Source: Spirochaetia bacterium (GTDB lineage: Bacteria > Spirochaetota > Spirochaetia > DSM-2461). Taken from it: 64,000 bases of DNA. Each line of letters starts with the position of its first letter. The stretch's first letter is position 1. Below, one piece after another: positions 9,560 to 19,646 of the stretch. The position numbers were made by a program, and so were the translations under genes. The stretch lies in contig OY764216.1 of assembly GCA_963668315.1 (NCBI GenBank), positions 1,312,001 to 1,376,000 on the forward strand, given 5' to 3'. Under the pieces are notes generated by a model. The model saw nothing but the letters and a program-made list of their open reading frames with translations, did no database searches and had not been told where the DNA came from.

Positions 9560-11134
9560 ATGAAAAAAATTGTATCGGTTTTCGCATGTTTTCTTCTGAC
9601 TTTAACGGTGGTTAATGCCAACGGTCAGAACGAACAGGCCGGTTCTGCGGAAGGGCAGAAGAGCCTGACCTATTGGGTTCCCCTGAATCCCAATGTATCT
9701 CAGGTCGTTCAGGATTTCGGTGAGACGGAATACGCCAAAGAGTTGATGAGAAAAACGGGGATTAATATCGAATATCAGCATATTTCCGCCGGAAACAACG
9801 CCCAGATCATGGAAGGATTCAACATTCTGATCGCCTCCGGTAACTACCCCGATATCATCGAGTACAAATTCATCGATTACCCGGGCGGTCCCCAGGCTGC
9901 CCTGAATGACAAGGTCATCATCCCCCTGAACGATGTCTTTGAGAAATACAGTCCCAATGTGTCCAAAATCATTAATGATAATCCCGATATCTCCAAGATG
10001 ATCAGCACCAATGACGGGACGTTCTATGTTTATCCCTTTCTGAGAGGGCTTTCCAGCAAGGATAACAAGCTTCTCTTCTCCGAAGGTCTGGTTCTCAGGA
10101 AGGATCTGCTGGATAAGGTCGGGATGGATATCCCCGTCACCCCCGACGACTGGTACAAGGTCCTGACGGCTTTCAGGGATCAGCTGGGAGTCAAGATTCC
10201 CATGACCCTGAGAAAGGATCATGTAAGCCGCGTTCTCTCTCCGGGCTACGACAGCTGGGGCGATTTCTACATCGAGGACGGACAAGTTCATTTCGGGCCG
10301 ATCGAACCGGAAAGAAAGGATTATCTCGAGGGGACACACCGGTGGTATGCCGAGGACCTGCTCGACCATGATTATTTTGCCGTGGACAAGAAAACGCAGG
10401 CCACCAAAGTTCTGAACAACCTGGTGGGTGCCACTTACGCCCCGGGCGGTTCCGGTATAGGCACATGGCTGCCCGCCATGAGAAAAAGCGATCCCGCCGT
10501 CAACCTGATCAGCTGCGCTCCCATGACACCCGATGCGGGGAGACTTTCCAAGTTCTCCAAGATGAACACGATCTACAGCAACAGCGGTTACAGCGCCGCC
10601 ATCAGCACGGCCTGCCGCGATATCGAAACGGCGGCAAAGCTTCTGGATTTCAACTACAGCGAAGAAGGTCATCTGCTGGCCAACTTCGGTATCGAGGGCG
10701 TTTCCTACAACATGGTCAACGGCTATCCGACCTATACGGATATGATCAAGAATAATCCCAACGGCCTTTCCGTCACCCAGGCGATGAGTCTTTATATCCG
10801 GGGACATATTCACGGACCTTTCGTCCAGGATCAGCGGGAGCTCGAACAGTACTACAGCCTTCCTCAGCTTCAGGAAGCCCTGGAGTTATGGACGAAGACC
10901 GACATGGGCGAGCACCTTGTCCCCCCCCTCTCCATCAGCGACGAGGACAGCGACGAACTGGCCAGCATCATGAATAACGTCACCACCTTCATGGAGGAGA
11001 TGGAGTCCAAATTCATCATCGGGGCTCTGGATATTTCCGAGTTTGATTCCTATGTGGATCAGCTGAAAAAATTCGGTATTGAACGGGCCATAGAAATCAA
11101 GCAGAACGCTTACGATACGTACATGAGCAAATAA
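9560..11134 (+). CDS. Carbohydrate ABC transporter solute-binding protein (LplA-like)
   Basis: Signal peptide then NGQNE; IASGNYPDII, RKDLLDKVG...P.TPDDWY.VL.AF, FGIEGVSY, KFIIG. Confidence 0.92.
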   Translation: MKKIVSVFACFLLTLTVVNANGQNEQAGSAEGQKSLTYWVPLNPNVSQVVQDFGETEYAKELMRKTGINIEYQHISAGNNAQIMEGFNILIASGNYPDIIEYKFIDYPGGPQAALNDKVIIPLNDVFEKYSPNVSKIINDNPDISKMISTNDGTFYVYPFLRGLSSKDNKLLFSEGLVLRKDLLDKVGMDIPVTPDDWYKVLTAFRDQLGVKIPMTLRKDHVSRVLSPGYDSWGDFYIEDGQVHFGPIEPERKDYLEGTHRWYAEDLLDHDYFAVDKKTQATKVLNNLVGATYAPGGSGIGTWLPAMRKSDPAVNLISCAPMTPDAGRLSKFSKMNTIYSNSGYSAAISTACRDIETAAKLLDFNYSEEGHLLANFGIEGVSYNMVNGYPTYTDMIKNNPNGLSVTQAMSLYIRGHIHGPFVQDQRELEQYYSLPQLQEALELWTKTDMGEHLVPPLSISDEDSDELASIMNNVTTFMEEMESKFIIGALDISEFDSYVDQLKKFGIERAIEIKQNAYDTYMSK

Positions 11135-11141
11135 AATGATC

Positions 11142-11167
11142 GTTCCCCGGATTTTTCTCCGGGGAAC
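11142..11167 (+). terminator. Stem-loop after SBP gene (mRNA stabiliser or partial terminator)
   Basis: GTTCCCCGGA-TTTTTC-TCCGGGGAAC, perfect 10-bp stem. Confidence 0.6.
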
Positions 11168-11194
11168 TGTTACAGGCATCAAGGGAGTTGAATA

Positions 11195-13222
11195 GTGGAG
11201 GACACGGAAATCCTCATTGGCAGGATAGATCCTAAGATCATCAAGACACTTTGCGGTGGCGATGATAAGTTAAAAAACAGCGACAGTATCGTCGATTCGA
11301 TGATCGGATATCTCAGGGAGAGAGAAACTCCCCGGTATCTTTTCGGAAAGGGAGACGTTTCGTCTTCCGCGGACGAGCTTCTTTTCAAAGAAGCCTCCGA
11401 TGTACTTGAGCATACAATATTCGGGCACAGCTTCAAGGGGGAGATCGATTGGAAATTCAATCCGACGACCGATACCTCGAGGGATAATGAATGGAGCTGG
11501 TCCCTGTTTCGAAATATATACTGGCAGCCTCTGGCCAGAGCCTACGCCGCCACGGGGGAAGACAGATATGTCGAGGAGATCGTGGCCCAGATGGAGAGTT
11601 TCGCTTCCGCCTGGCCGGCCGCCCCTTTTATCGAAGATCTGACGTTTGAGAAGAAATCCCCCTACCCGGGGCATGCCTGGAGAACAATCGAGGCGGGTGT
11701 ACGCATCTATACCACCTGGCTTCCCTGCTTCTTCGTCATTAAGGATTCCCCCGCCTTCGGCCGCAAGGGGTGGACCGTTTTTCTGAACATGATCCATGAT
11801 CACGCCGAATTCCTTCTGTCCCACTACAGCAACCATGACAGATCGAGCAACTGGCTCTCCATGGAATCGAGCGCCCTTCTGCAGCTCGGCATCCTCTTTC
11901 CCGAATTCAAGCGGGCCGAAGAATGGCGGGACGTGGGTTACCGCCGCGTCATGCACGAGATTAAATACTGCTTTGATAACGACGGCATACATATGGAGCG
12001 CACGCCGGTCTACCATCTCGTGGCTTCGATCGCTTTCTTCCAGGCCGTCAGGCTCTGCCGGATCAACGGTCTGGAAGTGCCGCCCTACGCCATGCCCATC
12101 CTGGTCAAAAGCCTGGAGTTCATCGGCGCCCTGGTTAAGCCGGACTTCTCCACTCCCATGATCGGGGACGCGGACCGGGAGGACCTTACCGCCCGGAAGA
12201 GCGATACCTCTCTTTTCGAGGGGATGAATCTCTCCTTTGTTCCCGATGACCTGAATGAGCTGCGCGGTTACTTCCGTCAGATGGCCCTGCTGACCGGCCG
12301 GGAGGATTTTCTCTGGTTCTCCACGGCGGGGAAAGAGGGACGCCCGCCCCTGGAAAGAAATTATAAAATGACCGATGCGGGCATCTATGTCATGAGGACG
12401 GGCTGGAACCGCAACTCCTCCTATTTCCTCTGTCACGGCGTACAGCTGGAACGGGGCGAGAGAAGCACCCATTCCCACAATGATGTGGGACATGTGGAGA
12501 TCTCCCTCCGGGGCGAAGATATTCTCATCGATTCGGGCCGCTACATCTATAACAGCTCCTGCTGGAAGGACTGGCGCAGCTATTTTCTGTCGGCCCGGGC
12601 CCACAACACCCTTTTTGTCGATGACCACGAAATGGGAACCGTCCCGAATGTTTCCCGCGTGCGGGGAGTCAGGACTCACTGCCACTATTTCGAAGAGACC
12701 GAAGAGTATCAGATGATGGATCTTTCCCATAACGGTTATGCCTTCTGCGATGATCCGGTGTTTCACCGCAGAAGAGTCGTCCGTCTGGCCGGCGATATCG
12801 TTATTATCGAAGACCTGATAACGGGCCGGGGCGGTGAAGACCATGACTTCAGGCTCTATTACAACTTCGCTCCCGGGGCACTGAGCCGCAGGGAGGGACA
12901 TGTATGGGAGTATACCGCCGGTTCGGGGAACAAATACCTCTGTGCCGGACTGGGAAATGACGGGATGGAATCCTCCTCCTTGTACGGGAGCGAGGAGCCT
13001 AAGGGAGGCTGGGTCTCCTTCGGATATCCCGTAAGGGAACCGATTCCGCAGCTCTGTTTTTCCGCGGAGAGGAAGGCCCCCTTCTCCTTCGTCACCCTGA
13101 TCGCCCCCGGGGGTACCGCCTGGGACTACAGGAAAGAGGACCACACTCTGGAGGTTACAGGGGAGGACGGCCGGACCCGGTCCGTTCTGTTGAACGGGGA
13201 AAAAATCATCATCAAGAAATAA
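11195..13222 (+). CDS. Heparinase II/III family polysaccharide lyase (PL12-like)
   Basis: WRTIEAGVR, SNWLSME, E.TPVYH, PMIGDAD, HSHND, DSGRYIY, AHNTLFVD, HRRRV motifs; no signal peptide; GTG start. Confidence 0.88.
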   Translation: MEDTEILIGRIDPKIIKTLCGGDDKLKNSDSIVDSMIGYLRERETPRYLFGKGDVSSSADELLFKEASDVLEHTIFGHSFKGEIDWKFNPTTDTSRDNEWSWSLFRNIYWQPLARAYAATGEDRYVEEIVAQMESFASAWPAAPFIEDLTFEKKSPYPGHAWRTIEAGVRIYTTWLPCFFVIKDSPAFGRKGWTVFLNMIHDHAEFLLSHYSNHDRSSNWLSMESSALLQLGILFPEFKRAEEWRDVGYRRVMHEIKYCFDNDGIHMERTPVYHLVASIAFFQAVRLCRINGLEVPPYAMPILVKSLEFIGALVKPDFSTPMIGDADREDLTARKSDTSLFEGMNLSFVPDDLNELRGYFRQMALLTGREDFLWFSTAGKEGRPPLERNYKMTDAGIYVMRTGWNRNSSYFLCHGVQLERGERSTHSHNDVGHVEISLRGEDILIDSGRYIYNSSCWKDWRSYFLSARAHNTLFVDDHEMGTVPNVSRVRGVRTHCHYFEETEEYQMMDLSHNGYAFCDDPVFHRRRVVRLAGDIVIIEDLITGRGGEDHDFRLYYNFAPGALSRREGHVWEYTAGSGNKYLCAGLGNDGMESSSLYGSEEPKGGWVSFGYPVREPIPQLCFSAERKAPFSFVTLIAPGGTAWDYRKEDHTLEVTGEDGRTRSVLLNGEKIIIKK

Positions 13223-13232
13223 GGAGAACCGG

Positions 13233-14012
13233 ATGAAATTTGGAATTTGTGCATCCTTCGAAGATATCAATCGAATTGAGAAAATGGGCTTTGACTATAT
13301 CGAATGCTCCCTGGCCTCTCTGGCCGCCTGTACGGAAGAGGAATTCAAGGCCATTCAGGAGATGGTCTCGGAATCGACTATCAAACCCCGCCGCTTTAAT
13401 CTGCTTCTGCCGAAGACCCTGAGCCTCGTGGGGCCCGGCGCGGCGGAGCCGGGGGAAATCAGGGAATACCTCGTGAAAGCCTTTACCAGGATGAAGACCC
13501 TGGGAGGGGAAGTGGTCGTCTTCGGAAGCGGCAAATGCCGGAATGTTCCCGAAGGGATCTCTTTTCAGGAGTGCTACCGTGATCTTGTCAGGGCGACGAA
13601 ACTGATCGGCCGGGTGGCCGGCTATTACGGAATAACCGTGGCCATTGAACCGCTCAACTGCGGGGAAACGAATATGATCAATTCCGTTGTGGAAGGAGCC
13701 ATGCTTCAGGCCGACGCGGACATGGCGTCGGTTCAGCTGCTGGCGGATTATTTCCATATGGAAAGGGAGGGCGAACCGGTCAGCGCTGTGGTGAAAGCGG
13801 GGAAGCTCGCCCACACCCATATCGCCGTGGGGGAGGGAAGACGGTATCCCCTGGAAGAGACGGAAGAGCTGAAGTCTTTTTTCGCCGCTCTTCATAAAAC
13901 GGGCTATGACGGATGCATGAGCATTGAGGGTAAGACGGAAAACATGGACCAGGACGGTCCCGCCGCCCTCTATCTGCTCCGCAAACTGGATAATGAAGCG
14001 GGAGAGAAATGA
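13233..14012 (+). CDS. Sugar phosphate isomerase/epimerase (D-tagatose 3-epimerase-like TIM barrel)
   Basis: GFDYIE, VVFGSG, IEPLN..E, DYFHM, HTHIA, GYDG.MSIE metal-binding pattern. Confidence 0.85.
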   Translation: MKFGICASFEDINRIEKMGFDYIECSLASLAACTEEEFKAIQEMVSESTIKPRRFNLLLPKTLSLVGPGAAEPGEIREYLVKAFTRMKTLGGEVVVFGSGKCRNVPEGISFQECYRDLVRATKLIGRVAGYYGITVAIEPLNCGETNMINSVVEGAMLQADADMASVQLLADYFHMEREGEPVSAVVKAGKLAHTHIAVGEGRRYPLEETEELKSFFAALHKTGYDGCMSIEGKTENMDQDGPAALYLLRKLDNEAGEK

Positions 14013-15121
14013 TGGATAAAGTAAGAATCGGTATCATCGGCTATGGAAAAATGGGGGCCCAGCACAGCGAGACCCTGTTCAGCGGGAAGGTTCCCAACGG
14101 GATGATAACGGCTGTGGCCGATATCAAGGGGGAGCGGCTGGATCTGGCCCGGGAGAAATACGGTTCCGCCGTCAAATATTTTACCGGCGCGGAAGAGCTG
14201 ATCCGGTCCGGAGAGGTGGACGCTGTCATTCCCACGGTCCCCCATTATCTTCATCCGGAACTGGGGAAGAAGGCCTTTGAGGCGGGACTCCATTACCTGT
14301 GCGAAAAACCGGCCGGGGTCTATACCAACCAGGTTAAGGCCATGAATGCCCAGGCGGCGGAGAGCGGAAAAGTCTTTTCCATCATGTACAATCAGAGAAC
14401 CAATCCCCTCTATATCAAGGCCCGCGAGATGGTTCAGGGCGGAGAGCTGGGCGGGATAATCCGGACTAACTGGATTATCACCAGCTGGTTCCGGGCCGAA
14501 AGCTACTACAGCAGCAGCGACTGGCGCGCCACATGGAGCGGGGAGGGGGGCGGTGTCCTTCTGAATCAGAACCCCCATAATCTGGACCTGTGGCAGTGGA
14601 TCTGCGGAATGCCCTGCCGCATCAAATCGCAGCTTTACTACGGCAAGCACAGAAATATCGAAGTTGAAGATGATGTATACGCCATTGCGGAGTATCCCAA
14701 TGGAGCCACCGGATGCTACATCACCACAATCGCCGATACTCCCGGAACAAATCGCTTGGAGATTACGGGAGATAGGGGTAAACTGGTCATTGAAAACAAC
14801 AGTCTGACCTTCTGGAAGCTGGACGAATCGGCTTCCGAATTCAACAGGCGCTTCACTGGAGAAATCGGTCAACCCAAATCGGAAAAAACAGAGGTCCCCT
14901 GCGAAGGGGAGTATACAAGTCATCGGGGCATTATGGAAAACTTCTGCGATGCCATTCAGACCGGTGCGCCTCTGATCGCGCCCGGAGAGGAGGGGATACT
15001 GGGACTGGAGATATCCAATGCCATCCATCTCTCCGACTGGACCGGGGGAGACTGGGTCGATGTGCCCGTTGACGGAGATCTTTTCCAGCGGCTGCTGAAT
15101 GAGAGAATTGAGAAGAAATAG
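14009..15121 (+). CDS. Gfo/Idh/MocA family NAD(P)-dependent oxidoreductase
   Basis: GIIGYGKMG, PHYLH, CEKP, WRATW.GEGGGVLLNQNPHNLDL, VED. Confidence 0.92.
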   Translation: MMDKVRIGIIGYGKMGAQHSETLFSGKVPNGMITAVADIKGERLDLAREKYGSAVKYFTGAEELIRSGEVDAVIPTVPHYLHPELGKKAFEAGLHYLCEKPAGVYTNQVKAMNAQAAESGKVFSIMYNQRTNPLYIKAREMVQGGELGGIIRTNWIITSWFRAESYYSSSDWRATWSGEGGGVLLNQNPHNLDLWQWICGMPCRIKSQLYYGKHRNIEVEDDVYAIAEYPNGATGCYITTIADTPGTNRLEITGDRGKLVIENNSLTFWKLDESASEFNRRFTGEIGQPKSEKTEVPCEGEYTSHRGIMENFCDAIQTGAPLIAPGEEGILGLEISNAIHLSDWTGGDWVDVPVDGDLFQRLLNERIEKK

Positions 15122-15143
15122 ACGACGGAGAGGGTAGGGTCTT

Positions 15144-17459
15144 ATGGCGGAATCAAGGGGAAGAAATATAAAGAAAAAAGAGATCATGAAGAGATGGGGA
15201 ATCTCCTATATGTCTGTCATACTGATCCCCATGCTCGTTTTTCTCTGCGTTTCCATAAGGAGCAATAATGTGATGAACTCAGAAGTGAGTCACAGCAATG
15301 AGCTTCTTATCCGGACGTTCCGCGAGAAGACCGATTTTCTCCTCAGTAACATTACTTCCCTGACCGAAAGGGTTACCGCCATCTCCTATGTGCGGGAGAT
15401 TCTCTATACGGAAGACAGGAATGAGATAGAGCCCATCGTCATTAATAATGCGATCACCGAGCTGAATCACCTGAAATCCTTTAATTCGGGGAGGGGGGAT
15501 TTCTATCTCTCCTTCCCCCGGCTGAACATCATACTGGACGGGAATACCTACAATACCCCGGAAAACTATTTCGACATCTATCAGTCGGATACGTCATTCA
15601 CCTACAGCGAGTGGAACGGGATTGTAAACAGTACGCACCGAACCTACCGGATAGCCGGGTTTAATGTCGCCTCTCCCACGGATTACCGGGAGAAAATCAT
15701 GATAGTCAGGCCCATCTCATTCATCTCAAGCCAGAACTACGCCAATCTGATACTGGTTCTGGACAGGGATCAGTTTCTCTCACTGCAGGGCATCAATGAT
15801 TCGGAGGAGGTCGTTATCAGCGACAGACTGTTCGGTCTTGTCCTCTTTGACTCCACCTCATCGGTCGGCTCCGACCAGCTCCCCGAATATGTGCTCAAGT
15901 CGGGGGATAAAAACTGGGAAGGCTCCCTCAACACGGATAAGTTGATCGTTTCCGCCATCAACTCCACCGAGAGTAATCTGAAATACGTGATACTGAAAAA
16001 TAAGAAGCAGCTTCTGGGAGAAGTGATACGGCTGCGGAATTTATATATCTTCAGTTTTCTCATAAGCCTTGTCGGAGGGTGCATGCTCGTATGGGGAATG
16101 CTGAGGAAACAGTGGGCCAATTTCGAGAGCGCCATGGATATGGTGAAGGCTCCGTCGGATAAGAAAAACTCCCATGCCAAGCCGATCATCGGCGAGTACC
16201 GCTTCTTTTCTGAAAAAATCGATGACCTCCAGGATACCAATGAGAAGATCGGCTTTCAGCTTAAGGAGAAGAATTCCACTCTGAGGGCCATGATGCTCAG
16301 GGGGCTGATCGATAACAGCGAGGACATTGAGACATACGATACGGAGGAACTGAGGCGTTACGGGATAAAATTCCAGACCGATTCCTACTTCGTCCTTCTC
16401 CTCAGTCTGGAAGGGTCGCCTAAGATCACCTGGAAGGATGCCTGGAACCGTATGGAGAAGTCCGTCCTCGATACGATGTATTCTCAGAATATAATTGTCT
16501 ATCCCTTTAGCGTGAAGGAGATGGCCGGATTTATCGTCAACCCTCCCAAATCCCCCGCGGGGACCTATCCGCTTCTTGAATCGGCCGTTTCGGAGATTAC
16601 CCGCAGGATCGAAGACGGGACGGGATGTACCGTGGACGCTTCCTGCAGCGATCTTTTCGATTCGGTGCGGGAGCTGTCGAAGGCCTATCTCCAGGCGGAA
16701 TATGTGCGGGAGTACAAGGATAAGACGAAGTGCGAAAAGATCGTCTTCTACCATGAAATGCTGGAAATCACCCAGTCTCAGCAGCTATCCTATACGGTTC
16801 AGCAGGAGCTTGCCATCATCGAGAGTCTGAGAAAAGGCGATGAAGAGACAACTCTGGCCCTGATTGATGAAGTGATAAACGCCAATTACGATCTCCATAT
16901 CTCCCCCAGGAAAATGAGGTATCTGCTGTTCAACATCGCCGGTACGATCCTCAAGGTGTACAACCAGAAATATGACTATATCTCCAGCTCCCTGGCCGAG
17001 GTCAATATGCCGTCCATCCTGCAGAGCAACGATTTCGACAAGGTATACCGGGGGATCAGGAAAACCATTTCCGATTTGTGCAATGTGATCATTCTGAATA
17101 ATCAGAAAGAATCGATCGACTCCAAATTCGAGAACAAGATTTACGAGGAAACCCTGGGATTCATCAATGAGAATTATGATGATAAGGCGCTCTGCGTCAC
17201 CAGCATAGCCGATGAGATGGATATGTCCCTGGTCCGGCTCTCTAAAATCTTCAAAAAATATCACGGCTCCTGCATATCGGACTATATAAACCACATCAGG
17301 ATCAATCATGCCAAAAGCCTTCTGTCCGATGGCGACACAATTGAGGCGGCCTCATTTTCCAGCGGATTCGGGAGCGTGCGGACATTTATGAGAGTTTTTA
17401 AAAATAAAGAGGGTATCACCCCCGGAAAATACAGGGACATCACCGTTTCTGAAAAATAG
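15144..17459 (+). CDS. Membrane-anchored AraC family transcriptional regulator (YesS-like)
   Basis: Two TM segments enclosing a sensor region; C-terminal AraC HTH (FINENY...IADEM...LSKIFKK...GFGSVRTFMRVFK..EGITPGKYR). Confidence 0.88.
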   Translation: MAESRGRNIKKKEIMKRWGISYMSVILIPMLVFLCVSIRSNNVMNSEVSHSNELLIRTFREKTDFLLSNITSLTERVTAISYVREILYTEDRNEIEPIVINNAITELNHLKSFNSGRGDFYLSFPRLNIILDGNTYNTPENYFDIYQSDTSFTYSEWNGIVNSTHRTYRIAGFNVASPTDYREKIMIVRPISFISSQNYANLILVLDRDQFLSLQGINDSEEVVISDRLFGLVLFDSTSSVGSDQLPEYVLKSGDKNWEGSLNTDKLIVSAINSTESNLKYVILKNKKQLLGEVIRLRNLYIFSFLISLVGGCMLVWGMLRKQWANFESAMDMVKAPSDKKNSHAKPIIGEYRFFSEKIDDLQDTNEKIGFQLKEKNSTLRAMMLRGLIDNSEDIETYDTEELRRYGIKFQTDSYFVLLLSLEGSPKITWKDAWNRMEKSVLDTMYSQNIIVYPFSVKEMAGFIVNPPKSPAGTYPLLESAVSEITRRIEDGTGCTVDASCSDLFDSVRELSKAYLQAEYVREYKDKTKCEKIVFYHEMLEITQSQQLSYTVQQELAIIESLRKGDEETTLALIDEVINANYDLHISPRKMRYLLFNIAGTILKVYNQKYDYISSSLAEVNMPSILQSNDFDKVYRGIRKTISDLCNVIILNNQKESIDSKFENKIYEETLGFINENYDDKALCVTSIADEMDMSLVRLSKIFKKYHGSCISDYINHIRINHAKSLLSDGDTIEAASFSSGFGSVRTFMRVFKNKEGITPGKYRDITVSEK

Positions 17460-17487
17460 ATTCATGGACATAATAAAGGAGAACACA

Positions 17488-18480
17488 ATGAATACGGCAA
17501 TAATCGGCTGCGGAGCCATTTCCAAAAACCATGGCCAGGCGGTCAATAATCTTGAAGGCGTCACTCTGAGGTACTGCGTTGATACGGATAAGGAGAAGGC
17601 GGACCAGTTCCACGGCAGATTCGGGGGGGAAGCCCTCGGCGGGATTGAGGAACTTCTGGAAAAGGATGATTATGAAGTTGTCCATATCTGCACCCCCCAC
17701 TGGAACCATCACGATCTTGCCATCGAATTTCTGAAGCGGGGTAAGCATGTCTTCTGCGAGAAGCCCATGGCCATCACCGCACGGGAGGCTCAGAAGGTTC
17801 TGGATGTGTCCCGGGAAACGGGGATGAAATACGGCGTCTGTTTTCAGAACCGGATGAATGCTTCCACTGTGAGGGCCAGACAGATCCTGGAGAATAGGGA
17901 GTACGGCGAGATTGTCAGCGCCATGGTTCTTGTCGCCTGGGACAGGCATGGCGATTACTACAGCAAGTCCCCCTGGCGCGGTTCCTTTGTCACCGAAGGA
18001 GGGGGATGCATCATCAACCAGGCGATTCACTCCCTCGATCTGCTGGACTATCTGACGGGGGGTGTGGAAAGCCTGACCGCCTACTGCACGAAACTCCGGG
18101 AGACCGATGATTACGAAGTGGATGACAGCAGTATGATCAACTTCCGTTTGAAGAACGGGGCCGTTGCGGTGGGATACACGACGAACTGCTATCCCATGAG
18201 CAAAATCGCCCAGGTGGAAATCCATTGCGAGAAGGGGACCCTTACGGTTCAGCAGAGCGGTCTTCAGATATTAACGGAAGGAAAAACCGAGTTCTTTGAG
18301 AATGCCGTCGCCGTGGGAGAAAAATCGGAATGGGGATTATCCCACGGACTGGTCATCGATGAGTTCTACCGGTCCATCGGGGAGAACCGGCCCTTCTTTA
18401 TTGACGGGGAGTCGGCCATCCGGGCGGTGAAAATTGTCAATGCCATCCAGAACTCCAAGGGCAACCGGATAAAAATCTGA
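17488..18480 (+). CDS. Gfo/Idh/MocA family oxidoreductase
   Basis: AIIGCGAIS, ICTPHWNH, CEKPMA, WRG....EGGG.IINQAIHSLDL; ATG 17488 after AAGGAG. Confidence 0.92.
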   Translation: MNTAIIGCGAISKNHGQAVNNLEGVTLRYCVDTDKEKADQFHGRFGGEALGGIEELLEKDDYEVVHICTPHWNHHDLAIEFLKRGKHVFCEKPMAITAREAQKVLDVSRETGMKYGVCFQNRMNASTVRARQILENREYGEIVSAMVLVAWDRHGDYYSKSPWRGSFVTEGGGCIINQAIHSLDLLDYLTGGVESLTAYCTKLRETDDYEVDDSSMINFRLKNGAVAVGYTTNCYPMSKIAQVEIHCEKGTLTVQQSGLQILTEGKTEFFENAVAVGEKSEWGLSHGLVIDEFYRSIGENRPFFIDGESAIRAVKIVNAIQNSKGNRIKI

Positions 18481-18521
18481 TTCCCCGGGAATGATGAAAA
18501 CACAGCTGCTGGGAGGTGCCT

Positions 18522-18854
18522 GTGAAATACTATGTAAACGCAGAAGATTCTGAAAGAGTAGAAGGAATGGGCCATACGAGCATTCCCCTTCTCGGAGAGG
18601 AGAACGGGTGCTCCGGCGGCTGCTGCAGCGGGATAAGCATCTATCACCTGGACGAGTATAACCCTCCCGGGAATCACTCCGATCAGGAGGGGTTCTACGT
18701 GCTCGAAGGCACCGGCTGGGTCCGTATCGGAGAGGAGGAGATCAGAATCCGGCCGGAAACGGCCTTCCTTGTCCCTCCGGGAAAGGCCCACTCCATCAGA
18801 AGGGAGAAGGAATCCGGGCCGGTGAAAGTCTTCTGGTTTCATGCGGCCTGCTGA
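18522..18854 (+). CDS. Cupin domain protein
   Basis: H.DQEGFYVLEG.G and VPPGKAHSI cupin motifs; GTG 18522 after GGAGG. Confidence 0.85.
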   Translation: MKYYVNAEDSERVEGMGHTSIPLLGEENGCSGGCCSGISIYHLDEYNPPGNHSDQEGFYVLEGTGWVRIGEEEIRIRPETAFLVPPGKAHSIRREKESGPVKVFWFHAAC

Positions 18855-18858
18855 CCGA

Positions 18859-18880
18859 GCCGGGAAGCTCCGGCCGTTTT
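18859..18880 (+). terminator. Probable intrinsic terminator
   Basis: GCCGGG-AAGC-TCCGGC followed by CGTTTT, between convergent genes. Confidence 0.4.
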
Positions 18881-18933
18881 CCGTCAGCCTGTCACTCTGA
18901 CTCATCTGTTCACCCCATGGTCGCCTGATCTTT

Positions 18934-19611
18934 TTATCCTGCATCGCGGCGGTTAAATTTTCTGGCCGCCGCGGAGGGGGATAAGACGGTGAGAAAATTC
19001 ATCATCCAGGCCTCTCTGCCTATAAAAATCTTCCTTCGCCCCCCCTCTATGCCCCTGAGGATCATTCCGGCGGCCCTTGACGGCTCTGTGCCTCCGGCGA
19101 TGACGAGGGAGACTCCCACGGCGGTTCGGGCCAGGTTTCTCCTCAGTTTTTCCGTCTCTTCCTTAAGAGTCCCGGTGGTCCCCCCCTCCAGAAAGGGAAG
19201 GAAGCCTCCCAGATCGGCCATATGGCAAATGCGGGCTTCCTTTCTTGCTTTGAGATAGGGAAGGCAGGCCTCTGTCATATTCTCCATCGGTCCGAAGCGG
19301 GTATATCCCACCGCCCGGCTCGCCGAAGAAGAGATGAATCCCGCCGAGTTGATGAGGATATCGATCCTTCCGTGGTATTCGGTGATCTCCCTCAGAAGAA
19401 GCTCTATTTTCCCTTTGTCATTGAAATCTGTTCTATGAAGGGATATATTATCCTTACGGAAATCCTCCCCGCTTCTTATCATATCCAGGGAGGTTCTGTC
19501 CGAGTCGACCGCCGCGACCTGATTCCCCCTTTCAACCAGTTCCCTGGCAAGCTCTCTTCCCATCTCATTTCCCGCCCCCGAAATGATGATCACCTTATCG
19601 ATCAGTTCCAT
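18934..19611 (-). CDS. SDR-fold protein with degenerate catalytic motifs
   Basis: DKVIIISGAGNEMG and IDILINSAG Rossmann motifs; no YxxxK; ATG 19611 after AAGGAG. Confidence 0.7.
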   Translation of the reverse strand: MELIDKVIIISGAGNEMGRELARELVERGNQVAAVDSDRTSLDMIRSGEDFRKDNISLHRTDFNDKGKIELLLREITEYHGRIDILINSAGFISSSASRAVGYTRFGPMENMTEACLPYLKARKEARICHMADLGGFLPFLEGGTTGTLKEETEKLRRNLARTAVGVSLVIAGGTEPSRAAGMILRGIEGGRRKIFIGREAWMMNFLTVLSPSAAARKFNRRDAG

Positions 19612-19646
19612 CAAGCTCTCCTTTGGGGGAATCATAGAAATGATTC

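Noticed and set aside
11270..13270. 666-aa antisense ORF
   Set aside because: Shadow of the heparinase-like gene caused by GC-rich codon bias; no recognisable motifs.
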